A stretch of DNA of 63,766 nucleotides, counting the filler, from Octopus bimaculoides (taxonomy: Eukaryota): NCBI RefSeq assembly GCF_001194135.2. It is 7 parts of 7 records of this genome, joined end to end, with 100 filler letters (N's around TTAATTAATTAA, not from the genome) between each part and the next. Parts side by side here need not be neighbours in the genome. Positions count along the whole stretch, not along the records: positions 23,915 to 45,745 come from NC_069003.1; positions 45,846 to 57,449 come from NC_068981.1; 5 more parts are not named here. One strand, given 5' to 3'. The notes beneath the pieces were generated by a model. The model worked only from the letters and a program-made list of their open reading frames with translations, made no database searches and was not told the origin of the DNA. The number at the start of each line of letters is the position of its first letter. Position 1 is the stretch's first letter. Positions 38,435 to 50,663 of the stretch are shown in pieces. A program made the position numbers and the translations under genes.

Positions 38435-39702
38435 TGTCTTATCTTCGAAACGTCTAGATAGAATAGAGACAGCTGATGAAGGGATATTCCAAGTGGCTTT
38501 CCGTTTTCCTATGTGTTCGTTCCGTTGTCTGTAGTTTATTGTTCTAACGTCCTGTACCCTGATATGCATGTATATACACATGTAGATGTAAGTATGTACA
38601 TATATGTGTGTATACATGTATATATATTCTTTGTATTATATATATATATGCATACATACATTATATATATAATGATGATGATGATGATGATGACGATGAT
38701 ATATACATACATATATACACATATTTAAAATAGATAAGCTTCCCAGGATGGAATAGGTATATATATGTATGTGTGTGTGTATAGATTATCTCACCTCCCT
38801 GGTTACAGCTGTTTTCTGCAGAGCATTTTATTACACCTACTTGAAATACTCGTTTGACATAGCTTGACACTTGTATTCTCATTTTACTAATCAAATATAA
38901 CCTACGCAGGTGATATCAACTAGTCACTAAATCAAAGAGATGGAATGGTTCCGGTTTCTAATCTAGGTTACTACGTAATTCTTTCTTCTGCTCACAGAAA
39001 TCTACTGTCGATTGATCAAAGCCACTGATATTATAAAAGTTCATATTATGTTGATGAGCTCAAGTAAGACTGAAACATGTCTATACCCGTCATTGAGCTT
39101 CTTAACCAAAAAAAAAAAATTTTCTTCCCTAAGTGCTCCAGCATGACTGCAGTCAAATGACTGAAATAAATAAAAGAGTAAAAGAGTAAGTTATAAAATT
39201 CATAATCTTTTTTCTTTTGTGAAGGCACATGGCTCAGTGGTTAGAGCGTTGGGCTCACAATAGTGAGGTAGTGAGTTCGATTCCTGGACCAGGCTGTGTG
39301 TTGTGTCCTTGAGCAAGACACCTTATTTCACGTTGCTCCAATTCACTCAGCTGTAGAAATGAGTTGCGACATCACTGGTGTCAAGCTGTATCGGCCCCTT
39401 TGCTTTTCCCTTGGATAACACCGGAGGTATGGAGAGAGGGGGTTGGTGTGCATGGGCGACTGCTGGTCTTCCATAAACAACCTTTGCTTGTACTTGTGCC
39501 ATGGAGGGGAACTTTCCAGGTTCAATCCCATGGTTATCTATGAGTGAAGGCAGTCTTTAACACTTTTTTTCTTTTATCTTTAGCCATGCTGGGGCTATGC
39601 CTTGAATGGTTTAGTTGAACAAATTGACCCCAATAGAATTTTTTTTTTTTAAACTGGTACTTACTCTATCAGTTTCCTTTGCTGAAAAAAAAACAGTGAA
39701 CA

Positions 39703-39745
39703 ACCTTAATCAATTTTCAAACCTTTTTGGGCTCTCATCAGAGGC
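39703..39745 (-). ncRNA. Minimal type I hammerhead candidate with intact core; degenerate paralog at 40008-40049
   Basis: Minus strand reads GCCT-CTGATGA-GAGCC-caaaaa-GGTTT-GAAA-attgat-TA-AGGT. Stem I is 4 bp (one G.U), stem II is 5 bp (two G.U), and the triplet is UUA. Confidence 0.55.
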
Positions 39746-41569
39746 ATCTACACCATTCTGACAGTCTTCAGAGAATCAAGTAGCCAAACTGTTTATATAC
39801 TCAACAAATGCAGCAGTTACTCTGTGAAGGAATCCCTAATTTGCATACCAAAAGTGTTTAACACCCAATAAATACCAGTAGCCTGTCAAGGGGGATCTTA
39901 GTCCACACAGTATCAAGTTATGATATAATAAATATGTAATATATGGTATAATTATAAACAGGGAAAATTTTAACCATTTCTCCACAGACTGAAAAAATGA
40001 TGAAGAGCCTCAAATGATTTTCAAAACATATTGGGTTCTCGTCAGAGGTGTAGGGTGGTACAAAAGTAGATATACAGTTATGAAAAAAGAAAACATGTCC
40101 AGTACTCTTTTATTTTAATCAAATGAATTAAAAGTTTTATTATGGTTTTGATAAATCTATTATTAGGATTAATGACACTGAGCGTAGGGTAGGTGTGAGA
40201 GGATGGATCTGTCTGGTTTGAACATAAAACAGAATATGTGGGCTGGGTATGACCAGTTTAAGCACTAAAGGATTAAAGGAGATTTAGCTGCTATTTCTAG
40301 AAACAAGTTCCTGTGTAGAGAGGCTCCTACCCTGGCCTATTCAAACAATATTTATAACGATGGACTAAATTAAGATTTAATCAATACCTTCCTACTTTTG
40401 GTATAACTTTTCATGTACTTACAAAAAAAAAAAAATGGTTTTTTCAGAATTTCTTTCTTAAATTTATTTCAGGTGAAAGCCAAATGGAGCTGCTCTATTT
40501 GTAAGATATATATTGTATTTTAGATTTTTACCAAAATACTTTGACTGTGATAAACTTTAACCAAAGTAAGTACAAACATATCAATATATATATATATATG
40601 TGTGTCTTTGTATGTATGCTACTTTTTTTTGTGAGTGACACTTGACTGCTGCACTTGTGTCGACCCTGCTCTGAAACTTCTGGTGTATGACATGATGAAT
40701 GTGTTCCTTAATCAGATCAAATTAGGGATCTGTTTGAATAATGTTCTTATATCCTGGCGGTAGAAGCAGGGGTATTGTTGGGTGGCGGGGAGGAGCATCA
40801 CTGAGCATTTGACAGAAATGGAATTTAACCCTTTCGATACCAACCCGGCTGAAACTACCTCTGGCTATGTAGTACAAATGTCTTTTACATCCAGCTGTAA
40901 AAACCTTGTCAAAACTAACCTTGCCTGTGCTTGTGCCACATAAAAAGCTCGAAGTCCCACTCTGCTGAGTGGTTGGTGTTTGGAAGGGCATCCAGCTATA
41001 AAAATCCTGCCAAAACAGTTACAGAAGTCTGGTGCAGGCTTCTGCCTGGCCGGCTCCTGTCAAACCATCCCACTTGTGCTAGCATGGAAGGCGGATGTGA
41101 AATGATGATGATGATGACGATTGTGTAGTGTTTGCAGCTGTCCAAACTGAACATCAGTTACACCAATGTGATTAGTCTAGGATACGTTCAAGGCCAAATT
41201 TTACAACCCCCCCAAAAAAGAGATAGGTCAACTTATGCACCAAGACAACTTTGGAGGACCCCAACATTCCATGCTGCAGGATTTGGAAAGATAGTGACAA
41301 TGTTTGAATGTTTATGCTTCATGCTTTACACTCTACATTATGTCAACGTTTATGCTGGGAAATGTGGCAGTCTTCAAAGTTCACAAGGATTGTACTTTCC
41401 TGCTGGATAAATCCTCTTAAAAAGAAATAATAATGTTTATAGTGATGGTGGAAATCTTGGTAGAAATGCTGATAAGGATGGTGTTGTCGTCATCTTCGTT
41501 GTTGCTGTTGTTGTCAACTATCGTTGTTATGACACAAACTCTCTGAACTCTGATTCTTTCTGTTTCAAG

Positions 41570-41692
41570 ATGGCAGGTTCCAGCAATGACCTTCAGATGC
41601 AGTGTGAAGAGAATGAGAAACTTGTTCAACAGCTGAGGCTGATGATAGTTGAAAAGGACAACATCATTGAAAAGACACAATCAGAATTACAG
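41570..41692 (+). CDS. GOLGB1: Coding exon 1 (41 aa) of a giantin/GOLGB1-like coiled-coil protein
   Basis: MAGSSNDLQMQCEENEKLVQQLRLMIVEKDNIIEKTQSELQ. Pyrimidine tract and AG lie directly before the ATG; the donor is CAG|GTAAAT; length 123 nt, phase 0. Exon structure is strong; orthology is recalled similarity to human EQLVVELKDIIRQKD, not a search result. Confidence 0.8.
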
Positions 41693-41954
41693 GTAAATGG
41701 CTTCTATTTCTATGTTATAGAAACTACCATTCTTCCTTTCAACCTATATCTTTTATAAAAGCTGTAGGCACCCCCCCCCCTTCTTTGCAGACTATAGTGT
41801 CCCTTCTTTGGAGACTGCATCCTATAAAAGGAGTGTAAAAGGAAGGGAGAGGCTCTCTCTTCCTTTCACACTCCTTTCATCCTCTGACACAAGTTCCCCT
41901 CCTCAAATGCCCTGCCCCTCTCATAACCCAGTGTTGTTGTTGTTGTTGTTGTAG

Positions 41955-42071
41955 GAGACAAAAGCTGCTCTGACGAAGACCAAACTGCAATCAAAAGCCA
42001 AAACAACCAAACTGACCAACCAGTTGGAAGAAGCTAAAAAAGCTGCCCTTCCAGACAGTTCTTCAGACCGG
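41955..42071 (+). CDS. GOLGB1: Coding exon 2 (39 aa) of the giantin-like gene
   Basis: TAG|GAG..CGG|GTATGT, 117 nt, phase 0-0. ETKAALTKTKLQSKAKTTKLTNQLEEAKKAALPDSSSDR resembles giantin KIKKLKLHAKAKLTSLNKYIEE. Confidence 0.82.
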
Positions 42072-43276
42072 GTATGTTGTTGTGTTTAGTGTTATTATTT
42101 TTTTAGTTTTCACTCGTTTCAGACATTAGACTGCGGCCATGCTGGAGCACTGCTTCGAAGAGTTTTTAGTTGAATGAATTGGTCCCAGTACTTCTTGATC
42201 TTTTTTTTTTTTTTGCTTTTGAATTTAAAGAAATTTAAAAATTACTTATTTTATCGACCCTGAAAGGATAAAAGATAAAGTCGTCCTCAGTGGAATTTGA
42301 ACTCAGATTGTAAAAAACTGGAAGAAGTTTTACCAAGCATATTGTCCAGCGTGCTAACGATTCTGCCAGCTTGCAGCCCTTAAATATTACATTAATTATT
42401 TCTACGATAGACACAAGGCCTGAAATTTTGGGGCTGGGTAACAGTCAGTTACATTGACCCCAATGTTCGTCTAGGGCTTATTTTATTGAATCTGAAAAGA
42501 TGAAAGGCAAAGTTGACCTCGGCAGAACTTGAATTCATAATGTAAAGACACATAAAATGCCAATATGCATCTTGTCTGGCGTGCTAACGTTTCTGCCTGT
42601 TTTGCAACCTTAGAATAATATTATGTTAATTGTTGGGAAACTAAATTAATCTTATTGATTTCTAATATAAGCATAAAATCTCAAATTATCAGCCCCAGAA
42701 GTTGCCCCTGCAATGAACTGGCATCCCATTCAGAGTGAACGTTGCGATCTTGGTCACTAATATGCTGTGGATACTGGGATATGCCATGGAAATTGAGACA
42801 GTGATGTCCAGTGGTTGATGATGATGATGATGATGATGATGATGTTATCAATATTGGTTTTATATAAAGCTTGTGGAAAGGAGACAAAATATTAAACCAA
42901 AAAGATTTTTGTGCTGTTATTCCAGAAGGAAATTCCTAACTCTAACTTTTATTACAAAAATCAGTCAGAAACACTTCCCAGTTAACTTCCCAGCTTTTGT
43001 TGGAACCTATTTGCAGCTGGGTGCACTGGGGCAATAGAAATGAAGTGTTTTATTCAAGAACACACCGTACTGCCCAGTCTGGGAATTGAAGCCATAATCT
43101 TAGAATCATGAGTGTAACACCCTGACTACTAGGTTACAAGCCTTCAAAATATATGCATAAGGTTTTCTAATTATCAATCCCAGTTGTTGACGGGACTTAT
43201 TCATGAACCCCAGTAGTCAACTGGTATTTTATCAGCTCTAGTATTTGAACGGTATTTATGTTTTTGATTCTAACAG

Positions 43277-43561
43277 GGCAGTGAGTGTGGAGACGAAAGT
43301 CCGGCAGAGCAAGTCAGTCGGGGTAAAATCAAATTGTTACGTCGTAAACTCGTCGAGAAAGAACGTCTCTTGGCCGAGAAAGAGGGACAGTTGGTGAATC
43401 ATGGTGAGGAGATGTTGGCTAAAGATAAGACCTTGGTGGACAGGGATCAAACAATCAAACAACTTAAAGAAATGATAAATACATTGAACAGTCAGCTCGT
43501 TGATCGTGATAAAATAATCAGGGATATTAATGAGTCTGAGAACCCATCTGCTAAATCTCAG
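43277..43561 (+). CDS. GOLGB1: Coding exon 3 (95 aa) of the giantin-like gene
   Basis: CTAACAG|GGC..CAG|GTAATA, 285 nt, phase 0-0, open and heptad-rich: GSECGDESPAEQVSRGKIKLLRRKLVEKERLLAEKEGQL..ENPSAKSQ. Confidence 0.82.
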
Positions 43562-45077
43562 GTAATAATTCTTACATAACATTTCACTTAGAGTTTTGGT
43601 TTGGTTCTCTGGCATATCTTGTTTATTATAATTCTCTGGGCTATAGTGGAAGACTTCAAGACTGGGTGTCTCTAGGAATCCTTATATATCGATGACTGAG
43701 CTTTTCTAATGAAATCAAAGAATTTGAGGAAAAGTTTCAAACATGAAAGTGGAGTCTCATATCAAAGGAACCCAAAAGTAAACCATTCACAGGTAAAAGT
43801 CTTAATTAGCAACAAAGAACAGAGAACTTTATTGAGAGGTGGTTATGATTGATTCATAGAAAAGGTGTGGGGGGCAAATTCTATACTGTGAGCCAAATAT
43901 CAAGAGAGGGCGTAGAGAGATCACAGGTTATTAGTAGCAGATACACCAGGAGTAGTTTGCAATAAAAGCATTCCTGAAAGTACTTCCCTCCAAGGTTTTC
44001 TAGAAAAGCTTTGACAGTTTCTGTTGCCTAGATGACTTGGGTAGTTGGATAGCATAATAGCTTGGATAAGAATGGGGTAGAATGAAGATCCGTGCGTTGC
44101 GATTATCTCTGCAGGTGACAAAGGAAGATTCTTTTTAACACTTTAGCATTCAATCCGGCCAAATCCAGCCCAAATATTTTTTTTTTTTTTTTTGTTCAAA
44201 CTGTCCAGGTCCAGCCTCTCACACCTATCCTACATGTCCTTCTAATTCATATCGTCAGAATCTTGAAGCTATGAGGTAATGCATGATTAATTAAAGACAA
44301 TGTGAATAAATAAGCAGCATTACATCGGACCGAGTAATCTGAATGCTAAAGAGTTAAGCAAAGCACAAAATACGTGTTAAGTGTGATGTTACTTGGTAGA
44401 AAAACCTGGGTATTGATTAGAAAGGATGTGTGAAAGCTGGAAAGAAATAAGGAGAGGATACTCCACTGGGTGTGTAGGGTTAGTGGGAATGAATGGTGGA
44501 ACAGAAATAAGCTGAGAGAAAAATTGGATGTATGAGGAATTGATTGTTGTGTGTATGAGAGGTGAGTTTGTTGGTATAGATATATGTGGTGTGTATAGAG
44601 AGGATGACGGTTGAATAAAGGTTTTTGAATCGGGCACTCGAAGAGGAAAGAACTTGTAGAAAAGGCGGCGGACAGAGGAAGTGGACTTAGAAAGAAGTGG
44701 TAAAGGTTGATCTCAGGGAGCTGAACTTCATGAAAGAGATGAGGAAGGACCCTTGTAAGTATGGAAAATAGACATAAAATGAGGATGTTGGGCCATGTCC
44801 ATATGCATTGAAACATGGACACAGGCACATACATGTGCACACATGCGCACACGCATGCACACATGCATACACACATACACACACATGCATACACATGCAC
44901 ACATATACATACACACACAAACACACATACACATGTACACACACAAACACATACAAACATGCAAGTGCGCACAGGTGCACTAGTTTGTATCAGTGAAAGA
45001 TAAACACACACACACACACACAAACGCACATGCAAATGCAAATGCACACACTTGTATTGTCGTTGTTTGTATTTTAG

Positions 45078-45236
45078 GAAACCCTGGATCAGATCTATGT
45101 CCAGATTTTGTCCAAAGACAAGAAAATCGTTGATCTCAACAACTCAATCATTGAATTAGACAGCAAAATCAAAGACTTGCAGGAATTCATTGGAGAGAAG
45201 AATGAAGTCATTAAAGGCAGAGATAAAGTGATTGGC
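45078..45236 (+). CDS. GOLGB1: Coding exon 4 (53 aa) of the giantin-like gene; last exon visible
   Basis: TTTTAG|GAA..GGC|GTGAGT, 159 nt, phase 0-0: [53 protein letters not shown]. No stop codon is reached. Confidence 0.82.
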
Positions 45237-45709
45237 GTGAGTATTGTCGACTTTTAGAATTCTATTTATTTGATGTGACAATTTGTAAAGAATGGCACCA
45301 GTGGTTATAGGTTTCTGATATGCTAATTATTGGTTTATTGTGTTTCTGGTTGTGAGAGTGAGTGAGTAGGGGTGTCTGTGAATACCTTGGTGCAGAACAA
45401 ATATCATAAGAGACTTCATAAGAAGGGCATTTGTGGTCGATTAGTTTCTTTTCTAATATTTACAAAGATATATTGGTGAATCTTTTCTGCTATAAGCACA
45501 AGACCTGAAATTTTGTGGGAGCGACCCCATTGCTCAGCTGGTACCTATTTTGTCAACCCTGAAAAGATGACAGACAAAGTCGACCTTGGCAGAATTTGAG
45601 TAATGAATATAAAGACAGATGAAATGGCATTAAACATTTTATCTGCCATCCTAATGGTTCTGCCAGTTTTTCATCACCTTACAATATACAATTCTTTTAT
45701 AAAAATAAT

Positions 45710-45745
<36 letters not shown>

Positions 45746-46004
45746 NNNNNNNNNNNNNNNNNNNNNNNNNNNNNNNNNNNNNNNNNNNNTTAATTAATTA
45801 ANNNNNNNNNNNNNNNNNNNNNNNNNNNNNNNNNNNNNNNNNNNNGACCAGGGAGCTCTTGCCCTTTTATTTCTCTCTTCGTAAAACCACCACAGGTGGC
45901 GGTAGCAATATAATTACACATGTTTTCACGACGTACAACAACAGTTCCTGATTTCAAGATAAGATTTTAATTTCTTACAACGTTATTTCTTTCGCTTTTG
46001 GCGG

Positions 46005-46454
46005 GTTTTCTTTCAAAGACCCTCTCTTTCTACAAGCGTTCTTGTTTGTTTTAACTCATTACTTTCATTTCGTTAGTTAAGCTAAAAAAAAATGGAAGTT
46101 CAGACTTTCATTTCTTCAAAACTTTTTTTCATTTTCTTTCAAAAACAATTTCTTTCCACAAGTGTTCTTATTTTACTCATATTTTTTTCGTTTCCTTTCA
46201 AAAACCCTTTCTTTCTATAAGAATTCTTATTTGTTTTAACTCATTACTTTCATTTCATCAGTTAAGCCTAAAAAAATAGTTCAGACTTTCATTTCTTCAA
46301 AACTTTTTCATTTTCTTTCAAAAACACTTTCTTTCTACAAGCGTTCTTATTTAACTCATATATTTTTTTTCGCCTTCTTTCTACAGCGTTTTTCTTTCAC
46401 TCATATTAGCTTCATTTCGTCAGTTCAGCTACAAAAAAAAGGGTTCAGATTTTC

Positions 46455-46460
<6 letters not shown>
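46005..46460. repeat. Degenerate about 185-bp tandem repeat (about 2.4 units) with internal sub-repeats
   Basis: tttcaaagaccctctctttctacaagcgttc at 46011 recurs as tttcaaaaaccctttctttctataagaattc at 46196, and the downstream blocks (gttcagactttcatttcttcaaaac) also recur. Confidence 0.85.

Positions 46461-46520
<60 letters not shown>
46455..46520. repeat. (TATC)n tetranucleotide microsatellite
   Basis: Directly visible. Confidence 0.97.
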
Positions 46521-46521
<1 letters not shown>

Positions 46522-48397
46522 AGCGTTCTTCTTTGTTTGAAGTTATTACCCTTCTATTTCGACCATTTTCATTCTCAAAACCTGAACCATCAGTGACCCA
46601 GGTGGTCTGGTATCCAATATTCTTGTTCACGAAGTTTTCCAGTTTTATTTCGTGCATTTTTTGAGTCATAAATTTTTTTCTTTTTTACTTATAATAATCT
46701 CGTCTTAATTTGACACCACAAAGTGAACATAACGAATATTTGTCCTATTTTACAACTTGTACACACAAGAAACTTTTGGTACTTTTTTGCTTCCTTGTTT
46801 GTTACCCAAAGTCATATATTTTGTTGATTATATCTCAGTTCTGCAACATATTTTTATTTCGGCAAGCCCTACTTTCTCTTAACATGCTTTTATATTAAAA
46901 GTTACAGATATTTTTTTATGTGGGAAGATTATTTGTAATATTTACTAGTGACTATTTCTTGAATAAAATCAGATTTCACCGTAAGTCAGAAACCTACTGA
47001 AAACAGAGGTTGCCTACTTATACCTACAATGCCACAACTGAAAGTGTATTTGAACAATTTTTGTTTTAGCCAGATATTATATATGACTAATGGAAGAAGA
47101 ATAAATAATTCTACAATGTCAATTGCAGTGAGGAGCGAAGAGTGTGAGGTTTCGGGATTTTGCCTTTCGTCTGAGAAAAGGAAAAGAAAAGGTAAGTAGT
47201 AATGTTATTCTGGTTGTAAAGAAATGAATACAGAAAAGAAAAAAGTGATTTAGCTTTCGTTGCGAGGTAATGAGTAGTATTGTCCCTTCGGCTGCGAGAT
47301 AAAAAGTAATGAAAAGAGAGCAGGAAGTGATGTATCTTTGGTTGCAGGGTAAAATATAAACAAAGTGAGAGAAAGGGTGTTACTTTGATCGTAGACAAAT
47401 TTATTGTTTACTTGCCTACAACGAAAGTGACAATAGTTTCTTCTTNNNNNNNNNNNNNNNNNNNNNNNNNNNNNNNNNNNNNNNNNNNNNNNNNNNNNNN
47501 NNNNNNNNNNNNNNNNNNNNNNNNNNNNNNNNNNNNNNNNNNNNNNNNNNNNNNNNNNNNNNNNNNNNNNNNNNNNNNNNNNNNNNNNNNNNNNNNNNNN
47601 NNNNNNNNNNNNNNNNNNNNNNNNNNNNNNNNNNNNNNNNNNNNNNNNNNNNNNNNNNNNNNNNNNNNNNNNNNNNNNNNNNNNCTCTCTCTAATTGAGA
47701 GTCAAACAGTAAGGGCCCGACATTAAACCTTTCTTCACTTCTCACTGCGACTGAATTTATCAAACTCTTCTACAAATTCTTTTACGGATTAATTGTTACT
47801 GACATACACCCTCAAAGGTTTCTTTCAATTTCGAATCTTAAACTGTATCAGACTGTCAGCAATCATATATACTAATACACATATAATATCAGTTTAATGA
47901 GCAGTTGCTCAAGACATAGTGTGAAATTGTATAGCATTGAACTAAGAACAACCCAAGAGGTAAGTCAGTTTAAAGCAAGCTTTATTTAATTCATTGAAAG
48001 TCTAATTTCTGACAGAACTACCGGAGATTGCAGTTTATAAAGTATTTATAGCAACACAGTCAGCAACTGCAGAATCTTGGGTAGATTCAACCATTTATAT
48101 CGTTATTAGAATAACATGAAATATCGCATCACAAAACACAAAACCACATCTTATAAAAACAATATCGTAACATACGTGTGCGCGCTCACACACATTCACC
48201 CTCTTTTCTCTCTCTTTCTGTCTGTCTGTCTGTCTGTCTGTCTCTGTCTGTCTGTCTGTCTGTCTCTGTCTGTCTGTCTCTCTCTTTCTCTTTCTCATAT
48301 CTCGCCATCTCTGTATCATACTAAACGCACCCTCAGGAGATACATAATGCAGTAGAATTGTCTGAATCTCTTCGTTGACTTGTATTAATATATATAC

Positions 48398-48432
<35 letters not shown>

Positions 48433-48732
48433 CATATATNNNNNNNNNNNNNNNNNNNNNNNNNNNNNNNNNNNNNNNNNNNNNNNNNNNNNNNNNNNNN
48501 NNNNNNNNNNNNNNNNNNNNNNNNNNNNNNNNNNNNNNNNNNNNNNNNNNNNNNNNNNNNNNNNNNNNNNNNNNNNNNNNNNNNNNNNNNNNNNNNNNNN
48601 NNNNNNNNNNNNNNNNNNNNNNNNNNNNNNNNNNNNNNNNNNNNNNNNNNNNNNNNNNNNNNNNNNNNNNNNNNNNNNNNNNNNNNNNNNNNNNNNNNNN
48701 NNNNNNNNNNNNNNNNNNNNNNNNNACATACA

Positions 48733-48770
<38 letters not shown>

Positions 48771-49575
48771 AGCAAGATGAACGTCGCTGCGGCAGTAACT
48801 CACGAGAACGACGGGTGCGTTTCATCTTTGTTGAGACTTATCAATGCCACGCCCTCGATTGTCACCTGTTTAAATGACTTTTGTGCTTCGATATTTATGA
48901 AACAGTGAATAAAATATTTATTGGTTTTTGAACTTTTGCTCCTAACAAAGAAAACTGAAACGTAGAAGGCAAACATTCTCCAAATACAAGAATAAAAAGA
49001 CGATAAGAATTTGCAAATACGGCCGTAAGTCGTTTTAAACTTTATACTGCATGCAAATTACAGTATATGTATAGAGCATTTGTAAAGTATTTGTAAAGGC
49101 AGTTCCTGTGCTTTCGTATTCATATACTGGAGGTGGTTATGTGCAATGCACAGCAAAAATATCTTTTATTTTTCACTTGTTTCAGTCAGTGGGATGCGGC
49201 CATGCTGTGGCACCGCCTAGAAAGGTTTAGTCGATCAAATAAACTCTCGTACTTATTTTTACTTGTACATTTTCTTGCGGTCTCTTTTTTCTGAACCACT
49301 AAGTTACGGAGACAAAAACAAACCAGCATTGGTTGATAAGTCGTGGAGTGACAGAACAGACCTAAACACATACATATATACATCGAACTCCCACATAGTT
49401 TCTGCCGACTAGATTTCCTCATAAGGCATTGGTCTGCACGGGAATATAGTAAAAACACTTTTCCAACGTGGCTGCAAAGCGAACTTCTTAGCCATGCCTG
49501 CACCTGTAATATCTCTAATAACTTCACTTTTTATACAAATTTACTTAAGTTTTTTTCAAAAACTTCTGTATAACA

Positions 49576-49975
49576 GGAGTGGCTGTGTGGTAAGTAGCTT
49601 GCTTACCAACCACATGGTTCCGGGTCCATTCCCACTGCGTGGCACCTTGGGCAAGTGTCTTCTACTATAGCCTCGGGCCGACCAAAGCCTTGTGAGTGGA
49701 TTTGGTAGACGGAAACTGAAAGAAGCCTGTCGTATATGTGTATATATATGTGTATATATGTTTATATGTATGTCTGTGTTTGTCCCCACCCAACATCGCT
49801 TGACAACCGATGGTGGTGTGTTTACGTCCCCGTAACTGAGCGGTTCGGCATAAGAGACCGATAGAATAAGTACTAGGCATCCAAAGAATAAGTCCTGGGG
49901 TCGATTTACTCGACTAAAGGCGGTGCTCCAGCATGGCCACAGTCAAATGACTGAAACAAGTAAGTAAAAAAAAAA
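49576..49975 (+). mobile_element. Near full-length tRNA-derived SINE, family A, with internal microsatellite (other copies at about 32792-33200 -, 54140-54468 -, 60186-60625 +, 62795-63123 +, plus many fragments)
   Basis: ggagtggctgtgtggtaagtagcttgc..ggttccggg..ccactgcgtggcaccttgggcaagtgtc..gcttgacaaccgatg..gcggtgctccagcatggcc.cagtcaaatgactgaaacaagtaa is repeated throughout the window. Confidence 0.9.
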
Positions 49976-50613
49976 CCCAGTTAANNNNNNNNNNNNNNNN
50001 NNNNNNNNNNNNNNNNNNNNNNNNNNNNNNNNNNNNNNNNNNNNNNNNNNNNNNNNNNNNNNNNNNNNNNNNNNNNNNNNNNNNNNNNNNNNNNNNNNNN
50101 NNNNNNNNNNNNNNNNNNNNNNNNNNNNNNNNNNNNNNNNNNNNNNNNNNNNNNNNNNNNNNNNNNNNNNNNNNNNNNNNNNNNNNNNNNNNNNNNNNNN
50201 NNNNNNNNNNNNNNNNNNNNNNNNNNNNNNNNNNNNNNNNNNNNNNNNNNNNNNNNNNNNNNNNNNNNNNNNNNNNNNNNNNNNNNNNNNNNNNNNNNNN
50301 NNNNNNNNNNNNNNNNNNNNNNNNNNNNNNNNNNNNNNNNNNNNNNNNNNNNNNNNNNNNNNNNNNNNNNNNNNNNNNNNNNNNNNNNNNNNNNNNNNNN
50401 NNNNNNNNNNNNNNNNNNNNNNNNNNNNNNNNNNNNNNNNNNNNNNNNNNNNNNNNNNNNNNNNNNNNAAATTAGTGAAGACTGGCGTCAAGAAGGCATC
50501 TAAGTGTAAACAAGAGTACATTTAGTTATATTTATAACCTTCATATGCATTAATGCGAATTAATAAATGCGTGTCTGCGTACAAGCCGGTGCGTGTCTAT
50601 GTACATATATGTA

Positions 50614-50663
<50 letters not shown>

